From the NCBI RefSeq assembly GCF_006345805.1, contig NC_043002.1:72974001-73038000 (forward strand): a stretch of 64,000 bases of DNA, read 5' to 3'. The stretch is from Octopus sinensis (Eukaryota). Under the pieces are notes generated by a model, which had not been told where the DNA came from, did not search any database, and saw only the letters and a list, made by a program, of their open reading frames with translations. This document shows positions 1-13,201 of the stretch, piece after piece (position 1 is the stretch's first letter; the number at the start of each line of letters is the position of its first letter). The position numbers and the translations under genes were made by a program.

Positions 1-499
1 GCCAACCATCACCTGTTTCTGAGTAAGATAATACTTCTCCTTGGTCAGATGTTTCCTCAGAAGATTAGAAATGGAGGACATTAACTTATAATACTGTGAT
101 ACCTGGTTACAACTATCACACATTGTCAAGACAAGGAGTCACTAACACACTCTCTCCTCCTTTCTCTCTCGCTCTCTTTTTTCTCTTCCTTTACTGCAAA
201 TTGTCCATGTATCTCCTTTACTGCAAACTGTCCATTTCTGTCCCTCTACTTATATTCTAACCTCTCATCTACCACAAAGCGATCTTCCTCAATGCTACTC
301 GTCTCTCTCAGTTGAGGGGTTTTGCCTTGTAAGGTATTTAGTGCCACATAAAAAGCACCCAAAATACCATGTATAGTGGCTGGTTTTCGGAAAGGTATCC
401 AGCCATAAAAAAACATACCAAAGCAGGCAGTAGAGATTGGTGCCAAACCACCCGACCCATACCAGCATGGAAAGCAGACATTAGATGATGATGATGATA

Positions 500-950
500 T
501 ATATTAGAGACCATGTGGATAATGCAGCCTTGTCTTAAAATATACCCCTGACAGAATACAGAAGCTTCAGTTTCTATTCGGTCATTAGACAGACATGTCT
601 GTAACTTATGTTTGACAGAAACCATATCTATCACACACTTTTTGCACTTGTTAAGGTTGCCAATCTTCTCAAGTTTCTTGACTGTCAATATTATATTGTA
701 AGTTTGCAATATTGCAGTGTCTGTTTCCATCTTGGCAATTTCTGTCTTATTTTATAGATTACTTACTCCAGTTTTATTTTTCAGTTGATGAGTTTACCTT
801 TTCAATAGCAAAATATTCAATAAATTTATTTTCCCTCCAGCTTTTCATTTGTTATGTAGTGGCATTTATTACATTTTTGTTTCTTTATTTGAAATGTTTA
901 ATATTTCAAATAAACTACATCTTATTGCAGATGGTTTCCATAGTAAAAAA
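500..950 (-). mobile_element. Degenerate LINE reverse-transcriptase fragment (RTE-like)
   Basis: ORF 338..730(-) contains KKLEKIG...ETEASVFCQGYILRQGCIIHMVSNI, resembling the RT motif GVRQGCxLSPxLFNI; upstream flank is stop-riddled. Confidence 0.45.
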
Positions 951-2430
951 AAAAAAAAAAAATTGTAAAGGAATAAAATAGAAAATCAAAGTTAATTGAT
1001 TTTAATATATTCAAATTGGAGGACATTGACTTCTTTCCCATTTACTGAAAAGATTTTTAGTTTTCTCCAGAAACATTAGCAATGTAAATGGAAGTTGTCC
1101 CATCTTGAAATTCAAGCTAGACTGCAAATTTAGTTCTCTAAAATCTTTCTAAATTAATGATACAATATTTTGTTTTTGTATTAGGTCTGCAAGATTCTTG
1201 ATGTGAAGTTGTGTTGAACATATTTTATTGTATCTTGGGAGGGTCATTATGCTCATAATAAACACATGCACAGGTTATATTTTTCTTCCTTAATACTACA
1301 AGTTGATTGATTAACCAATTAACCAATCAAGTGTTAGATTAATTGTTCAGTCAGTTAGTCAGTCAGGTTTGTCAGAATCCTCTTGTCGCCATTCATGATC
1401 TCATCAATGACATTTTCTCTCTGCTCCAGGTCTGTTTCTTTGATGCAAAATATTTAAAAATATAGCACTATAGCACTCCATAACTTAGCAATTTGGCAAA
1501 AGAAACTGATGAAGTAAGTACCAAGCTTAAAAACAAATAAGAACTTGGGTCAATTCGATCGACTAAAATCCTTCAAAGTGGTGACCTAACAAGGCCACAG
1601 CCTAATGACTGAAACAAGTAAAAGATAAAAGAAAAGAAGTAAGAAATTGTTACCAATTTTAGGTTAACATCTGTTTTTCTGCAACTTAGAAAGGAGGATG
1701 ATGACTTGTCTAACAATCGTACCAATATTCAGAATTTTATATACAAACACTAACAAACTAATATTATACAATTTTCAAACAATGGTATCCAGGTGTTGTA
1801 ATAAGCTGACAAAATTAAGGTAATTAAGGTAACAAAATATTTCCTGTTGTTAATTTATAAATCATAATTTACACTCTGAGTAATCTATTTTATGTTGCTT
1901 TGCTGCCTAGAGTTCTTGGAAAAGTCTGATGTTTGTAATTGCTTTCTGTTACACTTGTCCTTGTAAGTGCTGGTTGCACTATTTCTCAGCATATCATCTT
2001 ACTGCTTTCCATTACATGCAACGATGCTGTTGATGTACTGAACCATATTTTGAACTCGCTCTAATTTATTTTGGATTGCATCACTGTTCTCTGTGTCATT
2101 ATTGTAAACAGTTTTAATGTAGGTTAGATTGTGCTGGTATTGTTGTGCTGTGCAGGCCTTTTGAAGGTTACTCTCTCATTCATTCTAAATGGCAGCAGCA
2201 AGCACCTTTCCATATTCTTACATCTGTTTTGCAATGGATAAATCCAGTGAAACATTTCTATGTTCATATATATAATATATATGTATGTATATTATATGTA
2301 AGGAAAAAGTAAGGGACTGTATGTTTATATATATATATATATATATATATCATATCATGGCTTGGCTTTGCGAACGAAGATTAGGAAGGCTGTCTACGTC
2401 GCGTGCATGCATGCTCATGACTGACAAGTC

Positions 2431-2497
<67 letters not shown>

Positions 2498-2589
2498 ACA
2501 CACACACACACACACACACACCACATAGATAGATGTATATAATTAATACAGTAGCTAATTCACAATTTTACAACCTAAAGGCAAAAATA

Positions 2590-3469
2590 TACATGGTTTA
2601 ATCAATAAGTATCCAGACTGTTGCCATTGTAATGAATCTAAAGCACACAGAGTGAAGTTGCTTGGCACAGATTAACCTTGAACTCTGCTGTGCATGTGCA
2701 CTAAGTTTTAACGTTTTAGCTCACTTCAACTATTTACAGCTGTGCTTGGAAGGGAGGTGTGTAGCGTGTGATTGTCACAATGACCATGACAGAGAAAGCA
2801 GAGAATCTGCATCAAATTTTACCAAAAGCTTGGTAATACCTGCTCAGAGGCCTATGCAAAGTTTTGAAATTGTTTTCGTCATTCTCAACACAGTCAAGGA
2901 GATCTTGTGCAACTGAAACTCAAGTGTCTTTTTGGTCAGCTGAAAGCAGTTTTGGCACAAACTTGGCTGGCACACGTCTCATAGCCAAATCTTCAGTGAT
3001 AATGGACTGAACTGAATCGTAATTAATCTGCACAACCTCTGATAACTCACAGATGGTGAATCAATGATTTCCCCTCACAGCCTCACACATATTTGCAATA
3101 TTTTTCTCAGTTCTGCTGGTTGCAGATCTCTCAGAACGTTCATCACTATTGAAATTTTTTTGGTCATCTTGGAAACATCTGAAACACTCGTACACTTGTG
3201 TGCAGCTCATGCACTCCTCTCCATACATTTTCTGCAACTTTTTGTAGGCCTCTGAGCAGGTATCGCCATGACAACTTACTCTGTCATGGTCAGTGTGACA
3301 ATCACACACTACACACCTTCCTACCAAGCACTGCTGTAAACAGTGGAAGTGAGCTAGAACATTAAAACTAAGTGTGCACTCACAGCAGCTTTAAAGGTCA
3401 ATCTTTGTCAAGCGGCTTCATTCTGCATGCTTTAGCAACAGTCTGGATACTTATTGATCAGACCTCATA
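2590..3469 (-). mobile_element. Non-autonomous mariner derivative with ~270-bp inverted arms and transposase N-terminal remnant
   Basis: TA flanks at 2588-89 and 3470-71; ends tacatggtttaatcaataagtatccagactg / cagtctggatacttattgatcagacctcata; minus frame reads GDTCSEAYKKLQKMYGEECMSCTQVYECF...DERSERSATSRTEKNI...TEDLAMRRVPAKFVPKLLSADQKD*VSVAQDLLDCVENDEN. Confidence 0.9.
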
Positions 3470-3471
3470 TA

Positions 3472-3824
3472 CTCTCTCTACTTGTTTCAGTCATTTGACT
3501 GTGGCCATGCTGGAGCACCGCCTTTAGTCAAACAAATCGACCCTAGGACTTATTCTTTGTAAGCCTAGTACTTATTCTATCGGGCGCTTTTGCTGAACCA
3601 CTAAGTTACGTGGACATAAACACACCAGCGTCGGTTGTCAAGCGACATTGGGGAGGACAAACACAGGCACACAAACACACATATATATATACATATACAT
3701 ATATACGACAGGCTTCTTTTCAGTTTCCGTCTACCAAATCCACTCACAAGGCTTTGGTCAGGACTGAACCCGGAACCGTGTGGTTCGTAAGCAAGCTACT
3801 TACTACACAGCCACTCCTGTGCCT
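3472..3824 (-). mobile_element. tRNA-derived SINE, family A (octopus OR/OK-type), internally deleted copy
   Basis: Near-identical to more than a dozen other copies in the window; tRNA-like head and ...gactgaaacaagtaaaagagt tail. Confidence 0.85.
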
Positions 3825-4360
3825 ATATATAAAATTGTTATTGCTACACTTATTGTTTCTTACATTTATATTTTCTATATTTGTAAAATAAAAGAAAGTA
3901 GATCATTTGTGTAACCTTTTGAAAAATAGCACCTTAAACCATTCGACTTTGTTGTTGTTTTTGTAATTGTGTAGCCCCCCCCCCCCCAGTCAACTTTGAT
4001 CCAAGCAGTCCTGTTGCTAATAATTAGTTGGCTAAACAGTTACGACCTAGGTCTCCCACGAACTCATAAGACCAGAACTTAATGCAGTTTCCATGGCATA
4101 TAAGTGGCTGAGGTAACAACACCCACCTGGATGGGATGCCAATCCACCACAGGGTTAACTTCCCAGTTATTGCTAGAACCCATTTACAGCTGAGTGCACT
4201 GGAGCAATGTAGAATGAGGTGCTTTATTTTTATTTTTATTTTATTTCATTTTTGCTTGACTTAGTCATTGGACTGTGGTCATTCTGGAGCACCACCTTGA
4301 AGAGTTTTAGTCAAACATATCAATTCCAGTACTTATTTATTTATTTTTTTAAAGCCTGGT

Positions 4361-4749
4361 AGTTAGTTAGTTAGTTAGTTAATTTTTTGGCTCAAAAAGC
4401 AAGGCCATGTAGGGGAACATGGAGTTATGTACAGGGTGGTGTTCATGTAAAGAGTTCAGGCCACTTGAGGTCAAGGGAGACTTTGAACCGAGCGGTCGTC
4501 GGCATCTTCACCATCTCGTCTGGTAGCTTATTCCACGGATCCGCAACCTGGACGAAGAAAGCCCCTCTCCTTCGATTGAGATGAAATCGTCGCAGATAGA
4601 GCTTTTCAGAATGACCCCGCAGCCGACGCTCTGAAGCAGGAGTGAAGAACAGCTCTTTTGAGAGGTTACACTTTCCGCTTATGATGTTGTGAGCAAGAAT
4701 GAGATCACCACAGCGTTGTCGTTTTTCTAGAGAATAAAGGTCGAGCGTC
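4361..4749 (-). mobile_element. 5'-truncated CR1-clade LINE (ORF2 C-terminus, 3'UTR, (TAAC)n tail)
   Basis: Open frame 4748->4443: TLDLYSLEKRQRCGDLILAHNIISGKCNLSKELFFTPASERRLRGHSEKLYLRRFHLNRRRGAFFVQVADPWNKLPDEMVKMPTTARFKVSLDLKWPELFT*, with CR1 motifs SLExRRxRGDLI, RGH, WNxLP; absent from ORF track because it has no start codon. Confidence 0.9.
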
Positions 4750-4839
4750 AGTTATTCTATTAAATTCTTTTGCTAAGCCGCTAAGTTATGGGAGCATAAG
4801 CAAAGGAACATTGGTTTTCAAGTGGTAATGGAGGACAAA

Positions 4840-5175
4840 CACAAAGACACACACACAAAAAAAACATACACACACACACACACATCTGTCTATCTAGCTA
4901 TCTATTGACTCTCTCTCTCTCTCTCTCTACATATATATATATATGTGTATATATGGGATAGTGGTACAACAATGCACCAATATTAACTGGAAATAGCAGT
5001 CATTACACTATAGTAAAGCTTCACTGTATATATATATTGGCAAAAATGTTTGCAGGTGGCGAACATAAAATATTTCATCTTACCTGTATATATATGTACA
5101 CACACACATATATATATACATATATGCACACACACACACACACACACATGCACGCACGCATGCGCGCACACACGT

Positions 5176-5208
<33 letters not shown>

Positions 5209-5233
5209 CACGCACGCATGCGCGCACACACGT

Positions 5234-5265
<32 letters not shown>

Positions 5266-5272
5266 CACATGC
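4840..5272. repeat. Compound (CA)n/(TC)n/(TA)n microsatellite
   Basis: Direct inspection; source of HT/CV-repeat ORFs. Confidence 0.95.
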
Positions 5273-6529
5273 AATGCGCTTCTTTCAGTTTCTGTCTACC
5301 AAATTCACTCACAAGGCTCTGGTTGGCCCAAGGTTATAGTAGAAAACACTTGCCCAAGGTGCCACACAGTAGGACTGAACCCAGAAACATGTGGTTGCGA
5401 AGCAAACTTCTTAGTACACAGCCACATCTGCACCTATAAAGAGTTAACATATTTCCATGCCAAGAAATGAATCCAAGCCATCTGGGTGAGAAGAAGACAA
5501 TGCATTGCCCAGTCCTGGGATTGAAACAACACTCTTACAATTGCAAGTGAAATACCTTCGCCGCAAGGTCATGCACCTTCACCTAGGAGTATCCCACATG
5601 TCTTTTTTTCTACTACTTATACCATGTCTCTGCCTGTCAGCTGAATATAGCTTATACAGAAGCCAAATGCAGTGCATAAAGATATAAAAACCAGGTACGG
5701 TGTTCAGATTACTTAATACATCGAATGCAAATCAATAAACTGAATATTTTTGGTCTCCTTTTTTTGCAGTCCATTTGAGAGCACTCAAAATATTATGCCG
5801 ATCCCTAAAAGGCTTTTAATCACAGAAGAGCTGAATGCATCATCTTCAACCCAACACACTCACACACACACACTTGCACACGCATCTCTGCTATGTTTGT
5901 GTAATTGAGTTAAGCCGACCTCTTACTGCTTCACATTGTTTGGGAGTGTAAAGTAGCATTCTTGTTATTAATCCTTGGCAAAGAGATGACGACACACTAC
6001 AACTGGTAGCATCAGGTGTCTAGGTGAAAAGCTTGCATTTAATACAGCCAACCCACTAGCTTGACCTGACACTTCTTAATCTTCTGTAATGACTAAGTCT
6101 CCTCCTTTTAAATTGCTCTAGAGACATTTCTTGTCTGTTAATTAATTACTCATTATATATAACCTGTTACTTGCTGCTGCTGAATCACAAGATTCCAACA
6201 AAAATGTCTTTACCCACTAATTTTTCAAATTTTTTTCTTCTTGTTATTATTTTCCTGTTTTCTTGTTCTAGTTGCACTTATATTTTATTTGTACATATAT
6301 TTTTTTTAGATATATCTTCTGTCTTTTACCCGTTTCAGTCATTAGACTGCAGCCACGCTGGGGCCGCCACTTTGAAGAAGTTTAGTTGAATGAGTTAACC
6401 CCAGTGCTTATTTTTCTTAAAGCCTAGTATTTATTCTATCAATCTCTTTTGCTGAACCACTAAGCTATGGGACGTAAACACACCGACACCGGTTGTCAGG
6501 CAGTGTGTGTGCTGGGGATACAAAATATG

Positions 6530-6531
6530 TA

Positions 6532-6580
<49 letters not shown>

Positions 6581-6707
6581 GTGTATATATATATATATAT
6601 ATATACACACGTGTGTATGTATGTGGAGGAGGCACACACACACACTTTCTCTCTCTCTCTCTCTCTCTCATTATATATATACATACATACATACATACAT
6701 ACATACA

Positions 6708-6757
<50 letters not shown>

Positions 6758-6760
6758 CCA
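6530..6760. repeat. Compound (TA)n/(TC)n/(CATA)n microsatellite
   Basis: Direct inspection. Confidence 0.95.
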
Positions 6761-8530
6761 GCAGCTAAGCCCGGTTTCACCTGGTCGGTTTGGATGATGT
6801 GGCTGTAAAACCTGCTCTGTAAGCATTCAACTTGTTTGGGCACGCTTACATTAAAAAACAATCTTAGAATGACTTTTTTCTGCCAAAATGCGAAAAATAA
6901 CTGACCAACAAGAAAAAAAACAACAACCAAGATTCAACCAAATCAAAAAATAAACCCAAATACTAAGTGAATAAAAATGAACCATCCCACTTCCATTGCT
7001 CATGCACATGCACACACACGCACACAAACACACACACATACACACACACACACATATTCACACACAGTTGAAATGCTGTTTGATTTATTTTTTTCAGCAT
7101 ACAATTTTCATCATCCCACTACCGAGTATGACATCACTCCTTCCTTCCTTATTCATCTATCACCCCTTCCTTTCTCATTCATAAACATAAGTGTATTATT
7201 ATAGTAGATTATCTCAGTAACCATGGGAGCTGTGAAAAAATACAAAGCCCAGCATCACCACTGCATCATTCTACACATCTGTGTAATTTTTTGCGCAATT
7301 CTACCCAGCCATTTCATCCTTTTAAGGAAATATCATTTTTAAAAGGAGCCATCATCATCACTACCATTATCACCAGTCTATGTCCTTGTTCCATGCTGGC
7401 ATGGATTGGACAGTTTGGCCAGATCTGATGGGTCTAAGGACTGTATTGTACTCCGTTGCTTACTTCATTATGGTGCCTCTGTCTGAATCCCCTTCCTAAC
7501 ACCAACCACTTTTGCAGCATGTACTTTGTGCCAGCAGCACAAGCGAGGCAACCATGCAGCTTGCAAGACAACCTACAAGGTAACTTCACTAGTGCATCAT
7601 CATTATCATTATCAACAACAACAACAACTCCTGGATATTACTATCTCAAGCCCTCGCATTCATTTTCGGGGTCGATAAATTAAGTACCAGTTACACACCG
7701 GGGTTGATGTAATCAACTTAATCCCTTTGTCTGTCCTTGTTTGTCCCCTGTATGTTTAGTCCCTTGTGGGCAATAAAGAAATAAGAAACACAGACACATA
7801 CACACACACACAAAATATATGATGGGCTTCTTTCAGTTTCTCTTTGCAAATCCACTCACCAGACTTTGGTCGGTCCAGAGATATAGTAGAAACACTTGCT
7901 CGAAGTGCCACACAGTGGGCCTGAACCCAGATGCATGTGGTTGGGAAGCAAGCTTCTTATCACACAGCCACATCTGCATCTACATCATTAGTTTTTCTAA
8001 ATTATTTTCTCCATTTTCATTTCATGTGTGTTGAAAGCTCCCATAAATCTAAGTATTTATTTACATAAGATGACTTGAGGCCATGAGTGTTTTACAGTTA
8101 GATATTTTCTTTTGTTTCTGACTTTTGAAGCATAGAATTAAGTACCATATGGCTATCACTGTGAATGCTGAGCTTTACCAGTTTTTTTTTTATTCAAACT
8201 CCATTTAATGCTTGACATCCTTCTAATATGTGTATGTACTCAATTGCAACCATCACATGCATTTGTATACAGTATGCACTTATACGTAATGTGCACCACT
8301 ATTTTTTTAAAGCAATGAAATACCAGAAAAAACTTGTACATATAATTTGCACTAATTCTTCTTATTTTCACTGATATTTTTTTTTATTCCACTGGTTTTC
8401 AGAATTTTTAGCTTTGAATATCAGAAATTCTTTTGTATATGTCATTACATCTTGTTATATATATTTTATCATTTTAAGACAGCAGGTTGGTAGAATCGTT
8501 ATCATACAGGACAAAACATGAAGCAGCATT

Positions 8531-8906
8531 TACTCTTTTACTTGTTTCAGTCATTTGACTGTGGCCATGCTGGAGCACCGCCTTTATTCAAGCAAATCGA
8601 CCCCAGGACTTATTATTTGTAAGCCTAGTACTTATTCTATCAGTCTCTTTTGCCGAACCTCTAAGTTACGGTGATGTAAACACACCAGCATTGGTTGTCA
8701 AGTGATGTTGAGGGGACAGACACAGACACACATACATATATACAACGGGCTTCTTTCGGTTTCCATCTACCAAATCCACTTACAAAGCTTTGTTTGGCCC
8801 GAGGCTATAGTGGAAGACACTTGCCCAAGGTACCACGCAGTGGGACTGAACCCAGAACCATGCAGTTCATAAGCAAGCTACTTACCACACAGACACTCCT
8901 ATGCCT
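8531..8906 (-). mobile_element. SINE family A, near full length
   Basis: Matches other family A copies end to end. Confidence 0.9.
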
Positions 8907-9909
8907 GCATTTTCTTCTGATTGTATGTTTTGAGTTCAAACGCCACTGGGGATGACTTTGCTTTTCCTCTTTTGGGAATTGATAAATTAAGTACCATTTG
9001 AGTACTGGGGGTTGATGTAAATAAATCCACTTAGTCCCTCTGCCAAAATTACTGACCTTGTGCCAAAATTTGAAACTAATATATATTTGATCATTTTGCT
9101 CTTGTTTAACTCTTGTCATAGGACAGATATACACTGACAAAAATTTCATAGTTTCCCCTTCAGAAAACTTTAAAAAAAATAACAGTATTTTTGTTTACTT
9201 TCCATAAAGAGTGGATTTCTTTTTTCTAACCAAAACTTTTTAAGAATAGTTTTGAGAAATAAAGAATCCTTCTTGCAATATTTTCCTGATCACAATATTG
9301 CAAGAAAGAATAGATAGATTCTTCAAGCTGAGCCAAATGGCAGGAGACCCAGGGGTAGACCAAGAACAAGATAGTTTAATAATATCCATAGTCTTGGTTG
9401 GTCATGTTTGGGAAGCTAACTGGAACGTGTAATGGTGGCTGATTCCAGTAGGATTCTATAGAGTAGGTGACTGAGGATTCTACCCACACTACCTTCCCAA
9501 GAATAGTGCATGAAGAAAATGGATGGAGGGATGGTGTTAAGAAATGAAAACAGCATTCTATCTATCTGTTATTTCAAATCATTTACTTATTCCTTTTGGT
9601 TATGTGGTATCACAGGAAAGTTAATGTTTAAGTGAAGATTTTTCAAAACTCCTATAAATTGTATTATTATCCATTTTTTATAAAACTGTCTTTTGGTTTA
9701 TGTTTTGAACATTTATGATCTGGTGAAAAAAGTTTTTTTTAATTAAAACTTAAATTTTTTTTAAACAGACTACTAAAATCATTTAATAAAAGAAAATGTA
9801 TTTATATAAATTGTCTACATATATTAAATGGTTTCAGTATTCTGGTCTCAAATTTTAGTATGAGTCCAACAATCTTGGAGAGGAGGCAAGATGCTTGTAT
9901 TGACCCCTG

Positions 9910-10112
9910 TGCTGAATCATTAGCATGACAGGCAAAATGCTTAGCAGCATTTCTTCTGTCTACTTGTTCTGAGTTCAAATTTCTGCTGGGGTCAACTTTG
10001 CCTTTCATCTCTTTTGGGGGTCAGTAAAATAAGCACCAGTTGATTACTGGGGTTGATGTAACTGACGTACCCACTTCCCCGAACTTGCTGGCTTTTTACC
10101 AAAATTTGAAAC
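9910..10112 (+). mobile_element. tRNA-derived SINE family B
   Basis: ...ttctgagttcaaatt...gtcaactttgcctttcatc... shared with ~15 copies in the window. Confidence 0.8.
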
Positions 10113-10337
10113 TGTTATTTAGTTCTAGCTTGACATTTCAATTCTGGTTGAATCAAGAACAAACATCTGCACTTATGCAAGTGCTTCATCAACACTTTTC
10201 TATTTTCCTGAAAGCTTGACAAAGAAAATGAGACAACATAAATCTGGTACTTCAAAATAGAATTTTGCTGGAAAGAATTTTTTTTTTTTTGTAAACAAGT
10301 TTGTATGCATTATAAAAAATGGACTTGTGTCACTCAC

Positions 10338-10402
10338 AGGTTTTTCTCAAAGTCATTTTGATTCTGTTGAAAGCTCAAGAAATTATCTTTGGGTGCACAA
10401 TC
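10338..10402 (-). CDS. Candidate internal exon (DCAPKDNFLSFQQNQNDFEKN, phase 0->2), unknown gene
   Basis: ctag| acceptor, CCT|gtgagt donor, only one open frame; no recognisable homology. Confidence 0.2.
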
Positions 10403-11358
10403 CTAGATGCAGTATTAAATGTTGCTATACATTTCACACATTCTTCATGCATCTATTTATGTTACGCATGTTAAGTGGGTATCTTTTTATATGGAATTGT
10501 TGAAGAAATCCAGAGAATTACTGTTGTACCAGTAATTATATATTTAAGAAAAATTACTGCTTACATAAGTAAATAAGGTTGTTGTTAGTTGATATGGTTT
10601 GTAAGGATGCAGACTCTGTTTTTGTGAAGATTTTGAGAATCTCTCTCTCCTTCCCTCTCTTCTCTCTCTCTTTCTCTCTCTCTTCTCTCTCTCTTTCTCT
10701 CTCTCTCATTCCTTCTCTCTCTCTTTTGTCTTGACAAAGATCCAAATGACATATAATATCAAACGCACTTGGATTTAAGCTGTCTGACGAAGGTCATCTT
10801 GAATAAAGACAAAAAGAAGAGAAAGAAAGACTGGCAGAAAATATACAGAAAGAGAGAAAAGAAGGAATGAAGGAGTGAAGGAAATTGTAAGGGATGAAAC
10901 AATGCATGAAATATAAAATAAGGATAAAACTTTAAACAAAAGTTGTGTTTGCAAATCAAATAATAATCAACATTGAAGAAAGTTTTCTTAAGAAATCCTT
11001 TCTGGTTTTATTCAGAGAGAAGAGCTCAAAGCTGAACTGTTGCCAGTACAAGAAATGGGGATTAGTAGAGTAGGCTTATGTTATTATAGATATCTGATTA
11101 AAATATCCTGAGCTTCGTTAGCAGAGAAACATCTGGTTATGGCTTGGTTTTCATTATTGTTTGTTGTTAGAATTATCACATTGATAATACGTAGTTTTAA
11201 ATCTCCTTGACCTAGATAAAGGAAATGATTTGAACAATGGAAATCACAAGCACTCAGGCTCAACAGTTAGTAAACCAGATGTAGTATGTGTGAAGTGTGC
11301 AGCATTATATACATCATTACATGTTGTATGTGGGCAGTATTGTGCATCTACATTTGTT

Positions 11359-11935
11359 GTCATCATCATCATCGTTTAACGTCCGTTTTCCATTCTGGCA
11401 TGGGTTGGACGGTTCGACCAGGGTCTGGGAAGCCAGGAGGCTGCGCCAGGCTCCAGTCTGATCTGGCAGTGTTTCTTCGGCTGGATGCCCTTCCTAACGC
11501 CAACCACTCCGTGAGTATAGTGGGTGCTTTTTACGTGCCACCAGCACAGGGGCCAGAGGAGGCTGGCAAATGGCCACGGTCGGTTGATGCTTTTTACGTG
11601 TCACCGACACGGACGCCAGTCAGGTAGTGCTGGCATCAGCCACGTTCAGATGGTGCTTTTTATGTGCCACCGGAACGGGTATCATAACTACAATTTCCAT
11701 TTGATTTTTACTTTGATGTTGGGGTTGACGTACTTGACTCAATAGATCTCCTCAAGCACAACTGGTCACTCTACGATCCAAGGTTAGCACAGCAGGCCAT
11801 CCTGCACGCCATGAACTCACTTCATTTGTCAGGTCTTCGCAGTCACAGCATACCTCCAGAGATCTCGGTCTTTCGTCATAGCCTCTGTGAGGCCCAACAT
11901 ATGAAGGTCATGCTTGACCACCTCATTCCATGTAT
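11359..11935 (-). mobile_element. RTE-clade LINE 3' end (ORF C-terminus, long 3'UTR, (GAT)n tail)
   Basis: Minus frame WNEVVKHDLHMLGLTEAMTKDRDLWRYAVTAKT*; the same 3'UTR recurs as short copies near 340-490, 7360-7550, 14990-15115, 31690-31850, 44480-44720, 50310-50545, 51490-51630, 53005-53180. Confidence 0.75.
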
Positions 11936-11954
11936 GTATATAATATGATGCATC

Positions 11955-12160
11955 GGTGAGGCAGCAAGCTGGCTGTGTCTTAATATGCTGGGCAGAATTT
12001 CATCCATCATTATATGTTCTGAGTTCAAAATTTGCTGAGGTTGACTTTGCCTTTCATCCTTTCAATAAAATAAGTACCAGATGAACACTAGGGTCAATGT
12101 AATCGGCTTATCCTCTCCTTCGAAATTTGCTGGGGCCTTGTGCCAAAATTTGAAATCAAT
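11955..12160 (+). mobile_element. SINE family B
   Basis: Similarity to other copies. Confidence 0.8.
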
Positions 12161-12369
12161 ATGTACTGATTCATACTGTATGTGTGTAGTATTGTACACA
12201 CACACCATTGTGTATTATGTGTGTACAGTATTATATACATCAATGTATGTTGTATGTACATGGTATGATACATTGATGCATTTTGCATGTATGCACTCTT
12301 ATGTCCATCTTTGTACATTGTATATATGCGTTATTATACATTATGTTGTCTTGCAAACAACTTGCACAT

Positions 12370-12761
12370 GCAAATGCTACCAGTCAAGAACTCTGCATAC
12401 CGAAAGCCAGAAAGTGTATGGGGTCATCAGGAGAGAATGTGTGCTGTTTCGGGGCCTACCTTTTGACAGCATCAATGCGTACCAGCCCCCCTCACTGATA
12501 TAAGGCTCCACTTGCTAGATCAACTGGTTATTAAATAAAGCTCACTATTTCTCTAGCCATCGCTCATTGTCTCTTTTTAACCAAAATCCAGTGGCTAGCC
12601 TTCTCCACTGTAGTTTGGATATCGGTCATGGTGGTATTGACTTTACGATGAGTTAGGCCTGACGATAACAACAGTCGTCTCACACTGTGTCCAACAAACC
12701 CTGCGTCTTCACATTCCTCGAGGAGGTTTACATAACGGTCAATCAAAAGATTGACCGTTAT
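12370..12761 (-). mobile_element. 5'-truncated Hero/R2-superfamily (restriction-like endonuclease) LINE 3' end
   Basis: ORF 12564..12746: RYVNLLEECEDAG/FVGHSVRRLL...IQTTVEKASHWILVKKR resembles the Hero C-terminus (KYxxLxxEC..GW..EVGxRGF..S...AERASxWxWxKR) with the EVG segment deleted. Confidence 0.7.
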
Positions 12762-12879
12762 TTAAACTGTTATGTATATTGCATGTAAACAGTATTGTAT
12801 ATCTATGTATGTTGTCTGTGTGTATGGTGTATGATGCTTCAGTGTATGTTGTCATATGTTTGCACTGTTAATCCTTTCT

Positions 12880-13090
12880 ACTACAGGCACAAGTCCTGAA
12901 ATTTTGTAGGAGGAGCAAGCAGATTACATTGGTTCCAATGCTTAACTGGCATTTATTCTATTGACCCTAAAAGGATGAAGGACGAAGTCAACCTCTGCAG
13001 AATTGGACCCAGAACACATAAAGAGACAGAAGTAAAGCTGTTAAACATGTTGTCTGGCATTCTAACAATTCTGTTAGCTAGCCACCATAA
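12880..13090 (-). mobile_element. SINE family B
   Basis: Similarity to other copies. Confidence 0.75.
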
Positions 13091-13201
13091 GTAAACTATT
13101 GCTCAGAGCATTACCATCAGTGTTACCCTTACAGACCTTGTTTGCAGCATTAATGCCTGTTGCAATATTGTGCATCAACATATGTTGCATGTATACAATA
13201 T

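Larger units (their letters stand above)
4253..5435 (-). mobile_element. SINE family A copy split by a CR1 insertion and an expanded microsatellite
   Basis: SINE tail 4253-4360, resumes at 4750 (agttattctat), head 5275-5435. Confidence 0.75.

Noticed and set aside
4983-5470. Stacked ORFs rich in HT/CV/YI dipeptides (also 6431-6930, 16718-17283, 25831-26402, 35959-36664, 37727-38294)
   Set aside because: Translations of (CA)n/(TA)n/(TATG)n microsatellites, not genes
5651-5907. Two-exon plus model with a 75-nt intron (LIQKPNAVHKDIKT/SPFESTQNIMPIPKRLL...)
   Set aside because: First acceptor is weak, the frame runs into a (CA)n tract, and there is no recognisable homology
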